The position numbers were made by a program, and so were the translations under genes. Shown in pieces: positions 12,901 to 25,822 of a stretch of 64,000 bases of DNA (position 1 is its first letter; each line of letters starts with the position of its first letter). The stretch is from Hormiphora californensis (taxonomy: Eukaryota > Animalia > Ctenophora): NCBI GenBank assembly GCA_020137815.1, contig CM035356.1, positions 744,001 through 808,000 of the forward strand. The letters are read 5' to 3'. Below the pieces are notes generated by a model. That model was not told the origin of the DNA. It made no database searches and was given only the letters and a program-made list of their open reading frames with translations.

Positions 12901-15900
12901 GGGAGACGATACATGTTGAGGTGACGGCGGTGGATGACACCACGTACAAGATATCATTCTGTCCTTTCAAATCGGGTCGGCACGAGGTCATGATCAAGTG
13001 TAATGGAGTCCAAGTTACGGGTAGTCCCTTCTACCTAGACGTGGATGCCATACAGACACAGGGCAGTATGGAGATGCTCCAATCAACACAAAGTCTCGCA
13101 AGCAGGACACTCTCTCCACTTCAGCAAACTATCGCCCAGACAACAACAATGACTGCCATGACAACCAACTCTCAGCATTCCACATCAAGGAATGTTCAGA
13201 AGTTTAGCACGTCTCAAACAAGCAAAAACCAGGTGTTCATGACTGACTCTTTCACTGAGGACTCCTCAGAATTCGATGATACGACCTTCAACTGTTTTCA
13301 GTGATTTCAGTGATACTACCAAGAACCTCCGCACATCCGCTACCTCAGATGATTCGAGTGACAGTGGTGAAGAGGCGGTATTTATAACAGACCAAAACAC
13401 AACAACCACCAAGCACAGGAAGAAGAAGAGCTCTAAATCCACGGTGGACTACTCTGCAATGTCCGTTCAGCAGCAGCTGAAGCAGCGAATGAAAGTTGAT
13501 GCTACCAGCTTACAACCAGAAACAGTATCCAATGCCCCAGATACCGGAGGAGAACAAACAAGGATTTCTTTGTCACGGAAAACAACTCAACCTCATTTGA
13601 CCACACTACCACTGCAGCTGCAGTAGCAGCTACTACCACCACCAACATTGAGCAGCGCGCTATGACGTCATCAAGATACAACTCAGTTGTCATGACAACC
13701 ACAACTAGCTCCCCGGAGGCAAGTGATGAGGAGGAGGTGATAGACCCCGTGTCATTCTACTCCCGGACTCTCACAATCGGGTGCACTGTTGCTGTCTTGG
13801 TGAAAACAGATGGAAGGAAGTTTAGTGTGGTGGTGAAAAACCTGACCTCAAGCTATAGTCATCTCTCACAGGAGTCGCTGAGAGGAGGTTTGGTGAGGCG
13901 TATGTGAGGTTTAAACCTCTCTTCCAGGGACGATACAAGGTCGATTGTGTGTTTGATAATGGGGAGAGTGTCCAGGGCTTCCCGCTGACTTTCTCAGTTG
14001 GTTCAATCACCCATGGGAAGATAAAGACAGTTGATCCCAGCGGGATCGCTCCTAAAGTTGAAACTGGGGATGTTGTCCGGGTGCAATTGTTTGCCCGGTC
14101 CCAACCCAAAGTGTACCGTGCACTATCTAAACCGCAAACTAAAGATCTACTCTTGTGTAGTGGATGAGGGTCTTGATCGGTATATTCTTAGCTTCATGCC
14201 GGTCTTTTCTGGAAAGTACAAGATCACCGCTCGGGATTGTAGCGGAGACCTCGCTTTCTCACCCATGACTTTGGATGTTTGCGATGGTGGCTGGGAAAGA
14301 TCCCCAACTAGAACACCCATCCCAGAGATCAGATCACGCAGCTCAAGTGTCATGGTGAGATCCTACACAGGACAGGAATCAGTGATCACGGTGGGAAGTG
14401 ATGTCTGTGTGTCATTCTCGGACTCAGGCTACGAGTCATCATTCATTTCCGTCAAGGAGATTGATACAGATACGGATGTTCCATTTACTTTTTCCCGGGA
14501 GTCTCTTGGGAAAGTTGTCAAGTTTACCCCTCAGTCAAGAGGAGGGTACGCAGTGTCGGTCGTTGGATCTAACCTACAGCACATCTCATGTAGTCCCCTC
14601 ATTCTATACGTTCAGAGTGATATGGTTCAGGGCGATAGTTGGAGGGTACAAAGGAATAGCATTCGAGATACGTACGTGAGACGAACGAGCACGACACGTG
14701 AAACTAACACAGTAATACGTGAGACAACATCACCACCGAGACCGGTCATTCCACCGATTCAAAGACCAATCTCTCCAAGACCGGTCATTCCACCGATTCA
14801 AAGACCAATCTCTCCAAGACCAGTCATTCCACCGATTCAAAGACCAATCTCTCCCCGACCGGTCATTCCACCGATTCAAAGACCAATCTCTCCCCGACCA
14901 CCAATTCAAAGACCAACCCCTCCGCCTCCTTCCAATATTACCAACATCAACCAAAACATATCATCTTCATCTACCACAGTGGTAAAACAAGAAACCACGA
15001 CGATCAACAATAGATCGCCTCTCCCAGAAAGATATCCCACACCCCCTTACGTGAGGCCTCGCCCCTTTACTCCCGAGCAGACAACCACCACCTCCTCCTC
15101 TGGACTACGATCACCTAGTAGGGTCACTTTTGATGTGGAACAGAAGATGACCGAGTCTCTAGACGATATTAGTTTGAATGCAACCATCATTCGATTCGAA
15201 CAGGTCTCACCACCTACACCAAAGACACCTCCTCCTGTTACACCAGTGAATCGACCGCCAAGCCCACCTCCCATTCCCCAACCACCACCACGCAGCCCCA
15301 TTGAACCATACTACGGAATCATCCATCCCAAGTCTGAGAACGAGCTGTTCAAGATATTCATACACGGTGTGGATCACGGTGTGCCCATGGTGGTGATCAC
15401 GTACATGCCCACCATGTCCCAACTTCCAGGTATACACCAGCCGGGATGGTGACGTCATTGTCGTGAGATTGAGGCCCATCTACAGTGGGCAGTACACCAT
15501 GGAGTTATTCGAGGATGGGGTCATGTTACCCTGCAGTCCCTTTATACTGACACTAGAGTCAACATTCCTCAAGGAGTGGGTCACTAAAGAGGAGGTGATC
15601 GAGAAAGAGGAGACTATCATTTACTCCCCCGACCACCATCCCCTTCCTCCCGTCTGATTACGGACCGAGCCTTTGTGGTGATGATGTGGTGGAGTGTGAT
15701 ATTGTGAATAAGAAAGTTGAAAACGTCACCATTTCCTCTCGGACACTCAAGTTCCAACGGGAAATTGGCGACCTCACTACTACTTTTGATGTGGAGTTTG
15801 AGGCGCAAACAGATACCTACGAGAAGATCTCCCCAGAGCCTCCTGCCGAGAGAGTTCTCCCACTTGTTCTCACTCTCGATCTCCCCACATACCCCTCCGT

Positions 15901-18900
15901 CAAGGTCACTAATCTAAGCACCAACGAAGAATTAATTGTCACTATCACGCGGGATGAAGACTCGTATACCATTGAAGGTCAGCCCGATCAACCTGGTATC
16001 TTCAAAATTGATGTCCTGATCGACGGAGATCATACCCCAGAGAGTCCCTTCTTCATTGAGATAAGCAGGAAGAGTCCCAAGAATGTGATCTTCCAGAGTG
16101 TTCGACCGGCCTCCCCTCGACCTGAGGACATCATCATGATGCAGAAGAAGATGAGACGGAAACCAAAGAAGAAGAAGAAGAAGATTGACCCCACCATTCC
16201 GTTCCTGGATGGTAAACCAATTGACATGGCGTATCTACCCCAACCGGGGGTATTCAAGGAACCAACAGCACCAAAACCTGTTGCTCCCATCATAATTCCA
16301 GATATCCTGAACCCGATCAAGGGAGGAGGCCCCATAACCACCACCACTACCACTACCAGCCACACCACAAAGTCCGTCAGCAATGTCCAGACTGTTACGA
16401 GGACACGCCGGACTGTCACAACCCAGCGGAAATCCATGCACGATGGTCAGAGAGCCGACTATTACAACAACAAACTGTGTGATTTCCAGGACGCCAAGGG
16501 AGGGTTAACAAAAGACATGCAGGATCTGAAACTCTATCTGGAGAACTACATGGATGCAAATGTGGGGGAGCTCAGTGATACTGATGATGAAAGAGAAGGA
16601 TACCGGTATATCCAGGAGAGGAGATACGTTTGGATCGATGATAAATCACCCTACGAAGTCGATGTTTTCTCCAAAGAGACCAAATCAATCGAGTTTGCGT
16701 TCAAGTGTGAGAATGCCTACTGCGAGGACATCTACATTTTCATCGTCCACGAAACAACCAACGAGTTCCTCCGCAGTAAACTAAAGAGACTCGATGAAGA
16801 CGACGAGTTTGCCTGTTTTGCACGTGTTCATAACGAGGGCCGGTACGTCCTGGAAATCTTCCACAACGACACCCGACACTTTGGGAGGAGGTTCTACATC
16901 CAGGCGAAGGATGCCCTGGGTGCAGATGGAGTGGATATATGGGGTCCAGGGTTCCATGGACCAGTTGTTATTGATATCCCCACGTGGTTTATGATCAGTT
17001 TCAAGCGGTCCGGTGCGGGTGTGTTGTCGTGTGTGTACACCAATGCGATCGAGGAGCCGATTAGTTTGTCCTGCGAATGAGGAGGAGGAAGATGTGTATC
17101 TCTTCAAGTTTACCCCCAAGATGCTCGGTCTCATTGAGATTGATGTTACATTTGATGAAGAGGATACTCCTGTTACACCCAAGGAGATCCAGTGTGTCCC
17201 GAAACCGAAACTATCTGATGGGGCAACAACGTTTGACCTCAGATTTGATGATCTTGAGGATATCAAGTTTGAAGGTGACAGACTACAGAGGGACACAAAT
17301 GTAGCCACAGCATCACTAAACTGGCCCGTAATGATGTTTCGGTAACCTTCGAGCCGGAGATCCCGGGGCAACACACAGTTACTGCTAAGAACGGAGAGAA
17401 ACACATTACGGGGTAAGTCCATTTGAGATTGAGATTATGGACGAGAGTTCGCTAGCCATCGAAAACTGAAGATTTGAAGGTTTACTATGCGTTCGATGAC
17501 GATGACAACCTGTCAAATGTTACTGGAAAAGTGGTCGCTAGGCAACAGTATGTGTTTGCAAAAGACAACATAGACGCAGAGTTTCTGTTCACACCCAATG
17601 TTCCCTTTGAAGGAGCCTTCAGGGCATACGTGAAGAACGTTGAAACTGGCCAGGAGATGAATGTGATTGTAGAGAAGGAGAGTGATATGGCCTATGTGAT
17701 AAGTGTTAAATGCCCCTTGGCCTGGGAAACATCACATTGACATGGAGGTATCAGGGAGAATGATACCGGGGTGCCCCTCTCAGTTTCCACTGTATTGACG
17801 GGCTAGGAGCGGCGGGTGTCCGGGCATCAGGTCAAGGCTACACCGGCCCCACCACTGAGGGGAATCTTGAACTGTGCTGACCATTAACACGGGCCTGGCT
17901 GGTCCTGGTGTTCTGGAAGTGTTGCTAAGGGACAAGATTAATGATATTCCCAGTCAATGTGAAGGATACAGAGGATGGGAAGTTGTTGTGCAGTTACACA
18001 CCCGGGGAACACCCTGTATTCATGGAGATATTATTCGATAAGACCCATATACCCGGATCTCCCCGTGTCGTTCCACCCTACCAGGCCTTTGAGACAGGAC
18101 AGCTCCTCCTCCAGTTCCGAGGAAGAGAGTGATGAGATGACGAGGAGTGGGGTTCAGTTCTTCTATATCAACTGAAAACGCCGAGATGGACCTGGACTAC
18201 AGTGGTATAGGTGATCTCCAGGCGGAGGTAGTTAACTTTGAGAATGAGGAACTAAAGGTAAAGGCAAAGGTCACCGCAATTGCTGATGGACGGTATGTGA
18301 TCACGTTTAAGCCCAAAGTTGGTGGTCTCCACATGGTGGAGGTGTTTGATGGGGAGTTCCAACTCTCTAACTCACCCTTCTTTGTGACTGTAGTTGGAAG
18401 CCCGTGGAAAGATGGCCTATTGAGCTGTACGGACCGGGTATCGAGGGACCTTTAGTATTGGATACCCGGACAGCGTTCAATGTTAACACCTCTGGATGCG
18501 GGGGCGGGTGTGCTCGAGGTTCTAGTTGAGACTGATGAGGAGACCGTTCCAGTGACTGTGGAGGATAACTTTAACGACAGTATCACGTGTTATTATACTC
18601 CCACGATCTGGGTGGATCACACCTATCAGTGTTCTGTACAATAAGGAGCATGTGAAGGGGAGCCCGAGGATATTAAAGGTATATGAGGTGGATCCAGGGA
18701 ATGAAGAATGATGATCTCGGATAACTGGGTTAATCGTGAAAATACCCCCTGATTCGGGAGAGAATATCTTTGTCGAGGTGGAAGGACCCAGTGGGGATTT
18801 GGTTAAATCAACCTTCAAAATCTTAACCCGTGATTGTATCAGGGTATGCTTTGCCACACCGGAACACGGCGTTTACTTTTGTAACGTCTACTTTTACAAT

Positions 18901-21900
18901 GTGCACGTAAAGGGAAGTCCGATTGAGATCTTGGTGGGAGATGCCAGCGCTGGGAAGCCTTTAGTTCCCGGTGGGCCAGGCAACGTTCCAAAGTCTCTGA
19001 AACCAATCTACATTGGGGAACCCAACAAGATAGCAGTGAATTCCAAGTTCAAACTCCGACTTGACGTGGATATTTATCATGAAGAGACGGGAGAAAGGGT
19101 GATTTCTAGCCTGACCTACATGGATTATGGGCAGCACTTCATTTCTTTCACCCCCACCAGGTTGGGTGGGTACATGATCAATATTGAGACGAAGGGCATG
19201 CCACTGCCAGGGTGTCCACTAACAGTCCAGGTTGTGAATCCTCCCGGTGCGAGTGCTGCTAATGTGGACGGTTTAGATCCTGATAATGATGATGATGATG
19301 ATGGCAAGAACCCCCATGCACCATTTGATAATTTGGATGAGTTTGGGGAGCAGCAGCCAGGTGGGGAGGGTGGTGGTAAAGGAGGGAGGGATCCAGATGT
19401 ACAGCGGGCACTTGACCTCTACCTACCTGGTGCGGGAGACTCTGCTAAACGCCGAACCAAGGTTGTCCGCCTCCAGACGGGTGTCAAGAAGAAGATCAAG
19501 ATAGATACCAGAAAGTGTGGAGAGGGAGTTCTTCAGGTTGCCATAGCATCCGATGTAGGGGAGGTTCCAGTTAACATTAAACAGAATGCAGATGAGACAT
19601 TTACGGCTTCATTCACACCACCAAGGGATGGTTTATTCAAGGTATCAATTCGTTTCAATGATGTTGATGTTCCTGGATCTCCATATATCGCCATCGCAGG
19701 AGAACCAAGAATTGCAACCGTGTTAGATCTCAAACGGTTCCGGGTATTTTGCTACAACCCCACGGGTGACATTATCCCGAGTAGTCTCCACCAAACGCCC
19801 AGTGGGGAAATCAAGTTGAAATTTAAACCAGAATCCTCTGGTGTTCATCGCGTGGAGATATTTAACGGTGAAAATCACATCCAGGGAAGTCCCTTCATTG
19901 TCCACGTCAATAGTGACGAAGTCAAGGAGGAAAAGAACACTTTTGACATCCAAGAGACGAACGCTTTCCCGATTATTGAGGCACACACAAAAACTATCTT
20001 CGCTGGAGACATCGTCACTCTAATCCTGGCTACCCAGCCCCGGGATGATGGGATATACGTTCATTACATTCCAGGGAGCTCCCCTGACAATTCCTGGAGA
20101 CACATAAATCTGGGGGAGACCAGCCTGGTCAGCTGGAGTCCACCACGTGGTGGCAAATACAGATTCGAGTTAAAGAACTCCTCCGCTCCGGACTCTACCT
20201 ACCATGTGGATGTAGTTCCTGTGATAAAACAAGGGGAGTGTGTGGTATCAGGACCTGCATTCGAGGGCGAGATCATGGTGGGTGACACAACATTCTTCCT
20301 GGTGAACTGCCGTGATTCGGGCAACAACTCCATCCAGGTTGAGGTCCGGGATGACAAGGGTAAAATCCCGATACTGGTTGAGGATCTCGCTCACTGGGCA
20401 TGGAAGTGTACCTTCCATCCTACTGATGTAGGGGAGCACAAGGTCTCCCTTCACCTGGACAAGGAACTCTACACTGCACAGATGCTCCGATTTAACGTCC
20501 ACAAGAGGAGCAAGGGATCCTTCACCGTCACGGATATCTCCCCTCCCATACCCTCCACTGGAGTGCTGATCAGGATCGTCATTACCCTCAAGGTTGTCTT
20601 TGCAGATGAGATAGTTATCTCTGTGTTCAACCCTTCGGATGAGCTGATGGAATGCAGCGCCAAGACCTTTGACGGGGTCACTGTCCACCTTGAGCTTGTC
20701 CCTGAATCCCCTGGTGTCCACCGAGTTTGTGTGAATGTGGAATCAGATTCTGTTGATGGGAGTCCCTTCCTGCTGGACGTTACAGGTGAAGATCAAGTGG
20801 GGAATATTGCCCCGGAGCTACTCCGAAAAGTTGCTAACTTTGGGATCTCCGTGGGTGATGGGGACTCGGTTGTGCAGAGTCAGAGTAGTGACGAGATTAA
20901 GATAAGGAGCACGCTCAGTCTTGCTCGGGAGTTCGACGCTCCTCAGGGTCACCAATTACCAACTAAACCACGACCAACTAAATCTCGTGAAGTGCGGGTT
21001 GTCAGTCCAGCTAGCAGGCAGACGACACCACCTGAACCGAGCCCGCCAGCTGTGGTGATCAAACCACCTCCCCCACCGACCCCTCTAAAGGTGATATCCA
21101 CCTCCCCCGCCCTTGTGAGCAAGAGTGACACTGAGAGTGAGGTGCTAGTTGGTGATGAGGTTAATTTTGTGATCAGGAACGTGTCCTCCCAAGACTATAC
21201 CATCAATATTGATGGGCCTCCCGGGTACAATTCTTACTGCTACTCTGAATTTGACGGGGAAAACAAGACCGTCAGCTTCAGATATGTCCCGGAAGCACCG
21301 GGGCAATACTCCGTTCAGCTATATAACAAGAGTAGGGAGATTGTAGACAGCCCAATTGCGTTCAAAGTCCAACCCCTCCCGGTCGCAGAGAGAATCTACC
21401 TAGTTGTCAAGGGAGACGGAATCTCCAAAGGTGAAGTTGGGAAATCGGCTGTGTTTGAGGTTATCACAAACAGTTCAGGAAACCTGACGGTATCTATTGA
21501 AGGGCCCCGGGATACCAGAATTATCATTGCTGATAGAGAGGACGGTACGGGGTGTGCTGTGACATATTACCCTACTGTACCGGGCAACTACCACATTCAC
21601 CTCCATTACGCGGGTATCCCAGTTGACGGATCCCCTTACACAGCCGTGGTTACCCCGGCAACGGTTGAACCTGGACCTGTCCTTAGAATGATACCAGTGG
21701 TTGATAAGATTTATGAAGGAGAGCCCTTCCAGGTACCCATCCCTGATGAGGTTAGACCGAGGGATCTGATAGTGTCAGTTGGCGGGCCTGATGGTATACA
21801 TACCAAGATCCAGGTCTCCAAGGACCACCCCCGGGCCATCACATACATCCCTGAGAAGCCGGGGAAGTATCAGCTAACAGTGGGAACCACATCAGGAGGA

Positions 21901-23274
21901 ACTATTGAGGGGTCACCCTTCAACTTTACAGTCATCCCACGACTGAACCTTGAGTGTTCCTGCTCAGGAGTCTCGCTGGAGGGAATGTTGGTAAGGAAAT
22001 GGGACACCTCGTGGTGTCCTACAACCTGGCTAACCCCAGGGGTATATCTTATGATATGACTGGACCGAGTAAACCAACCCTACAAATTTCCCGCCGGGAT
22101 AACTCCGATACCCTTAACTTCACACCCCGGAAACCGGGTGTCTACCGGCTGGCGGTCAACTACAACGGTGAACTACTACCTCGATCTCCCTTCACGCTCC
22201 ACGTGGTGGATCTACAGCACTTCAACCTCCGGGCTCTCCAAGAGTCCCTTAACACCGTCCAGCTGGGTAAGGAGGTTCTCCTGACTCTCGATACGACCAA
22301 GTGTGGTCCGGGGGAACTAAAAGCTGAGTTGGAGGGCCCCATGATGATGGAAAGGGTGAATGTGTCCAACACCCCTCGGACCGCTCAACTGAAGTTCGTA
22401 GCAGAGAAGCCGGGGTACTACAAGTTGTACCTGTTCTATGCCAACATTCCCTTCCCCTCATCTCCCTTCAAGTTCAACGTGTCAAGGAAGTCAACTGGAA
22501 AGGTAAAAATGAGATTGAGTGAGGAGAGTGATCGAGAAATTTGCTAACTTCTGAGATATAAGATTGAGAGATTATAGTTTTTCAGAGTTTTTCAGAGTAC
22601 ATGCAGATCATAAACGATCTAAAGATAGTGTAACCATGGTTACCCTTTGGTCAGGTTACAACCATGGCACTTGATGGAGAGGGTCTGAAGATAGCCTACG
22701 TTGGAAAACCAAACTACATCTATGTTTCAAACGTTCCCAAGGGAACTGGATTACAGGTAAACATCAAACTACAGTCAGACCCAGTTTTACCGGGGTGTTC
22801 GGGGCCGGGAAAGGGTATTTTTCGTTCAAATGATGACATCCCTTGAAAAATTTTTCTCTTTCTCTCTCTAAACAAGTTCTATTTTAGGTGGAGGTCCTAT
22901 CGAGTGGAAAAGATAAACAGGAAGTCAAGGTCCTTACAGGGGTAAGAATTCACATAGACTATAACATTAACTAAACTATCGTGATAAGAACAGTCGGCTT
23001 TCTTGACTTGAACATACAACTCGGAATCAATCTTACAAAATTTTACAACCAGTAAATTTTTCGAGTTTCTTCCCTTCTTCCTAATTACTAAATAAGTTCA
23101 CAACATTCAACTTTCCAGCGAGAGCAAGCTAACAGAAACCCCTATCAGACATCGGGCATGAGTACAATTGAGTACCACGTGAACAGTCCTGGTGTTTACA
23201 CGGTCTTCATAACTTGGGAGGGACGTGACTTAGCAACGACACCATTCACTGTACCTGCCACGTACTACGAGTAA
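970..23274 (+). CDS. Giant filamin-like protein (CH1-CH2 actin-binding domain, many filamin Ig repeats, low-complexity spacers); multi-exon, 5' end off-window, many frameshifts
   Basis: Hand-spliced GT-AG exons: 970-1061 (AALDALALDGVDLAGINASSLNSGDILQLLR), 1154-1279 (LVWIVVLRYQVTLWDE..LFAWLQRHVP), 1446-1608 (NITSNWANGRLLTLLVNEVAPGLCP..AMDRAEAWLGVPQ) and 2628-2753 (..HSLFTYLSLFRHAELLKDGAPL) align to filamin CH1/CH2. Then 2882-3010, 3196-3363, 3548-22502, ~22654-22756, ~22888-22941 and ~23119-23274 (..PGVYTVFITWEGRDLATTPFTVP, repeat-24-like). GxG/AGxG, YxP..G.Y and GSPF filamin motifs recur throughout. Confidence 0.9.
1343..1458 (+). repeat. 29-bp x4 minisatellite spanning a filamin splice acceptor
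   Basis: Units AAAACTGCTCCTTCAGAAATATCACAACT at 1343, 1372, 1401 and 1430. The real acceptor (CAG|A at 1445/1446) is in the last unit. Confidence 0.85.
1713..2572. mobile_element. pogo/Tigger-like MITE in a filamin intron
   Basis: TIR CAGTCGGACCCCGATTTAACGGC at both ends, TA on both flanks, subterminal CCGTTAAATCGGGG repeats. An internal ~120-bp unit occurs twice directly (~1938, ~2188) and once inverted (~2349-2466). Confidence 0.85.
14733..14915 (+). repeat. Coding 39-bp tandem repeat (PRPVIPPIQRPIS x4 plus a partial unit) within the filamin giant exon
   Basis: Visible in both the DNA and the 14031..15452 translation. Confidence 0.9.
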
Positions 23275-23876
23275 TAGGACAACATGTGTGACTGAGTATA
23301 CCTACCTGTCACATACTGATGACTAATAATAATGTGTGACTAATGACAATGTGACTTCTAGTACTGCTATTATCATGATTATACCTAATATCAGACTGTA
23401 AACAGACTGAAAAATATTTGCCTTGTTTTATGCTACCATATGGGATACTATAAATCTGACGTTCAGACATGCTCAAAAGCGACGGACTATACTTTTAGTG
23501 GGACAGTAATTATATATGACACTGCAGTTGATATTGTAACTATTTTTAACTCACCCCGCAACAGACTTTTTCAATACTTGACTTACAATACCCGTTCCCC
23601 AGCTGTCTGGCGTCGCCAGACCCCGTTTTGATTCTCAAAAGTGTGCTCAGATCGGGTCTGTGCACCGCCAGACAGATTCCCAGCACCCAGCAGGTTTTGC
23701 AGTGTGCTTGCAGCTTGTATACTGTACAGATGCTATACACTATGATTCTGCACTGCTAGGATCACACACACACGACCACACAGACACACACTCTGTAAAA
23801 CGTTTTTCCTTCACTTCATCACTCTCACTTTCTCTCTTTGGTATCACTCTCTCTTTGGTATCTCTGTTGTATCAAG

Positions 23877-25770
23877 ATGTTGTTATTATTGTTACTCAGG
23901 TATCAGCCCTGGATTTATTGAAGGGGCGGTTAAGAACAGCTGAAATGACACAAGCGGACTGGACTTGTAATAAAGAAAAACTTGGAGGTGCAACATGAAG
24001 ATTTTTTGTTTGTTTGTTTGTTTATTTTGTGTGTTTGTTTGTTTGTTTTTTTTGTGTTTGTGGTTGTTTGTTTGTGTGTGTGTGTGTTTGTTTGTTTGTT
24101 TGTTTGTTTGTCTGTCTGTCTGTCTGTTTGTCTGTTTTTTATTTATTTGTTTGTTTGTTTGTTTGTGGTTGTATTTGTCTGTTTGACGCTTGATCATTAC
24201 AGACTTGCGGATTGTTAGTGAGTTGAACGCACAATCTGGAGTCCAAAATTACTATGCCAACGCTGGAAGGTAAAAAAACAGACTGACAAACAAATAGAAA
24301 ATTCGAACAACAAACAAACAGAAAAATCGAACAACAGACAGACAAACAGACCAACAAATAAACAAAAAGGCCAGGCAGAACAACAGACAGACAAGCAAAC
24401 AAAAGGCAGAGCAACAGACAGACAAGTACACCTCGAGAGAAACAAATGATTTCCCCTATACTAATTGTAATTAGGTTGGAGGTGTGTTTGCCGGGAGAGT
24501 TCGAGACTGCCACTCCCTCTGTCTACTATTGGAACACTGTATGTGATGATCAGTTTGCTACGTACAAACAAGTTAGCGATGATGGAAAAGAGACTGAAGT
24601 CGAAAATACAAGAGTACGTTGAATAATTGGGTTTATTGTCAATCATCACGTTTCCAAATTAGCGGATAACATGTTTATCACGGTCGCTTGTAGTGGGAAA
24701 ACGGTAATGGAAAACGAAGATACAGTAAGACGACGCGCAACCGTGACCAATCAGGGGGCTAGTACGTGCTGACACATGAACTTTTTGCCGCGCGTTATGC
24801 ACCGTGCGCGTCTCCTTACTGTATTTTCATTACGGTAATTTGACTACAAGCAGCACTGTAAAGCGCTGAAATGATTAGTTGTTAATCATATAGCTGATTA
24901 ACTTGCAACTCTATAATACAGGCGGCCCACGCCATCTGTAAAACGTTTACAGAGGAGGACTATGGAACCAGATACAGCACTGGATCCGCCATCTCCAGAG
25001 AGAAAAACACCAAATACAAAACAGGTTATATAATCAGATAGTCATAAGGACATGAGCTGTGGTTGGTCAATGGATGTCACGCGGTGCTCACATGTACTTA
25101 AATTTACCCCTTAATTGCTCGCTTTGCTCATGTTTTTACACCCTGATCCCACTCTCAGGTGCAAAGGATCAGCCCAATTTGTTAGATGAGTTAGATTGTC
25201 CTGAAGCAAAGGGAGACGAAGCACCCGTCGATCACTGGTTTGTTTTTTTGTCGATCACTCGAAGTTCACGTTTGTGCTTGCCATGCTACACAGTTTGTCG
25301 TTCGTGCGATGAATATCGCTTACGCTCACACCGAACCCGATAGACTGGGAACATGTCAAGTGCTTGCCAGTGCAATGATTAACAAGATTAATTAAATAAT
25401 TAACCATGTTTCAGGTGGGACTGTACCTATTCCCTTAATGGAACTCTGAAATTCAATATAACCAACGTGACAGAGATTGGAGTACCAATGTCGAATTGTC
25501 AGCATCTTGAGGATGTTTTTATTGAGTGCAAACCAGGTATCCGACAAGTGGCAACAGACATACAGACAGTCACACATACAGACCGACATGCATATATAGA
25601 GAGAGAGACAGAGAGACAGAGAGACAGAGCGAGAAACAGACAGGCAGACAGAAAGACAGACAGACATGCAGACGGACGGACAGACAGACAGACAGAGAGA
25701 CAGACAGACAGACAGACATGCAGACGGACGGACAGACAGACAGACAGAAAGACAGACAGACATGCAGACG

Positions 25771-25822
<52 letters not shown>

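Noticed and set aside
10392-18740. Many short filamin ORFs as separate genes or programmed frameshifting
   Set aside because: Motifs continue across shifts, there is no consistent slippery site, and the same errors occur in unrelated genes; assembly indels are the simplest explanation.
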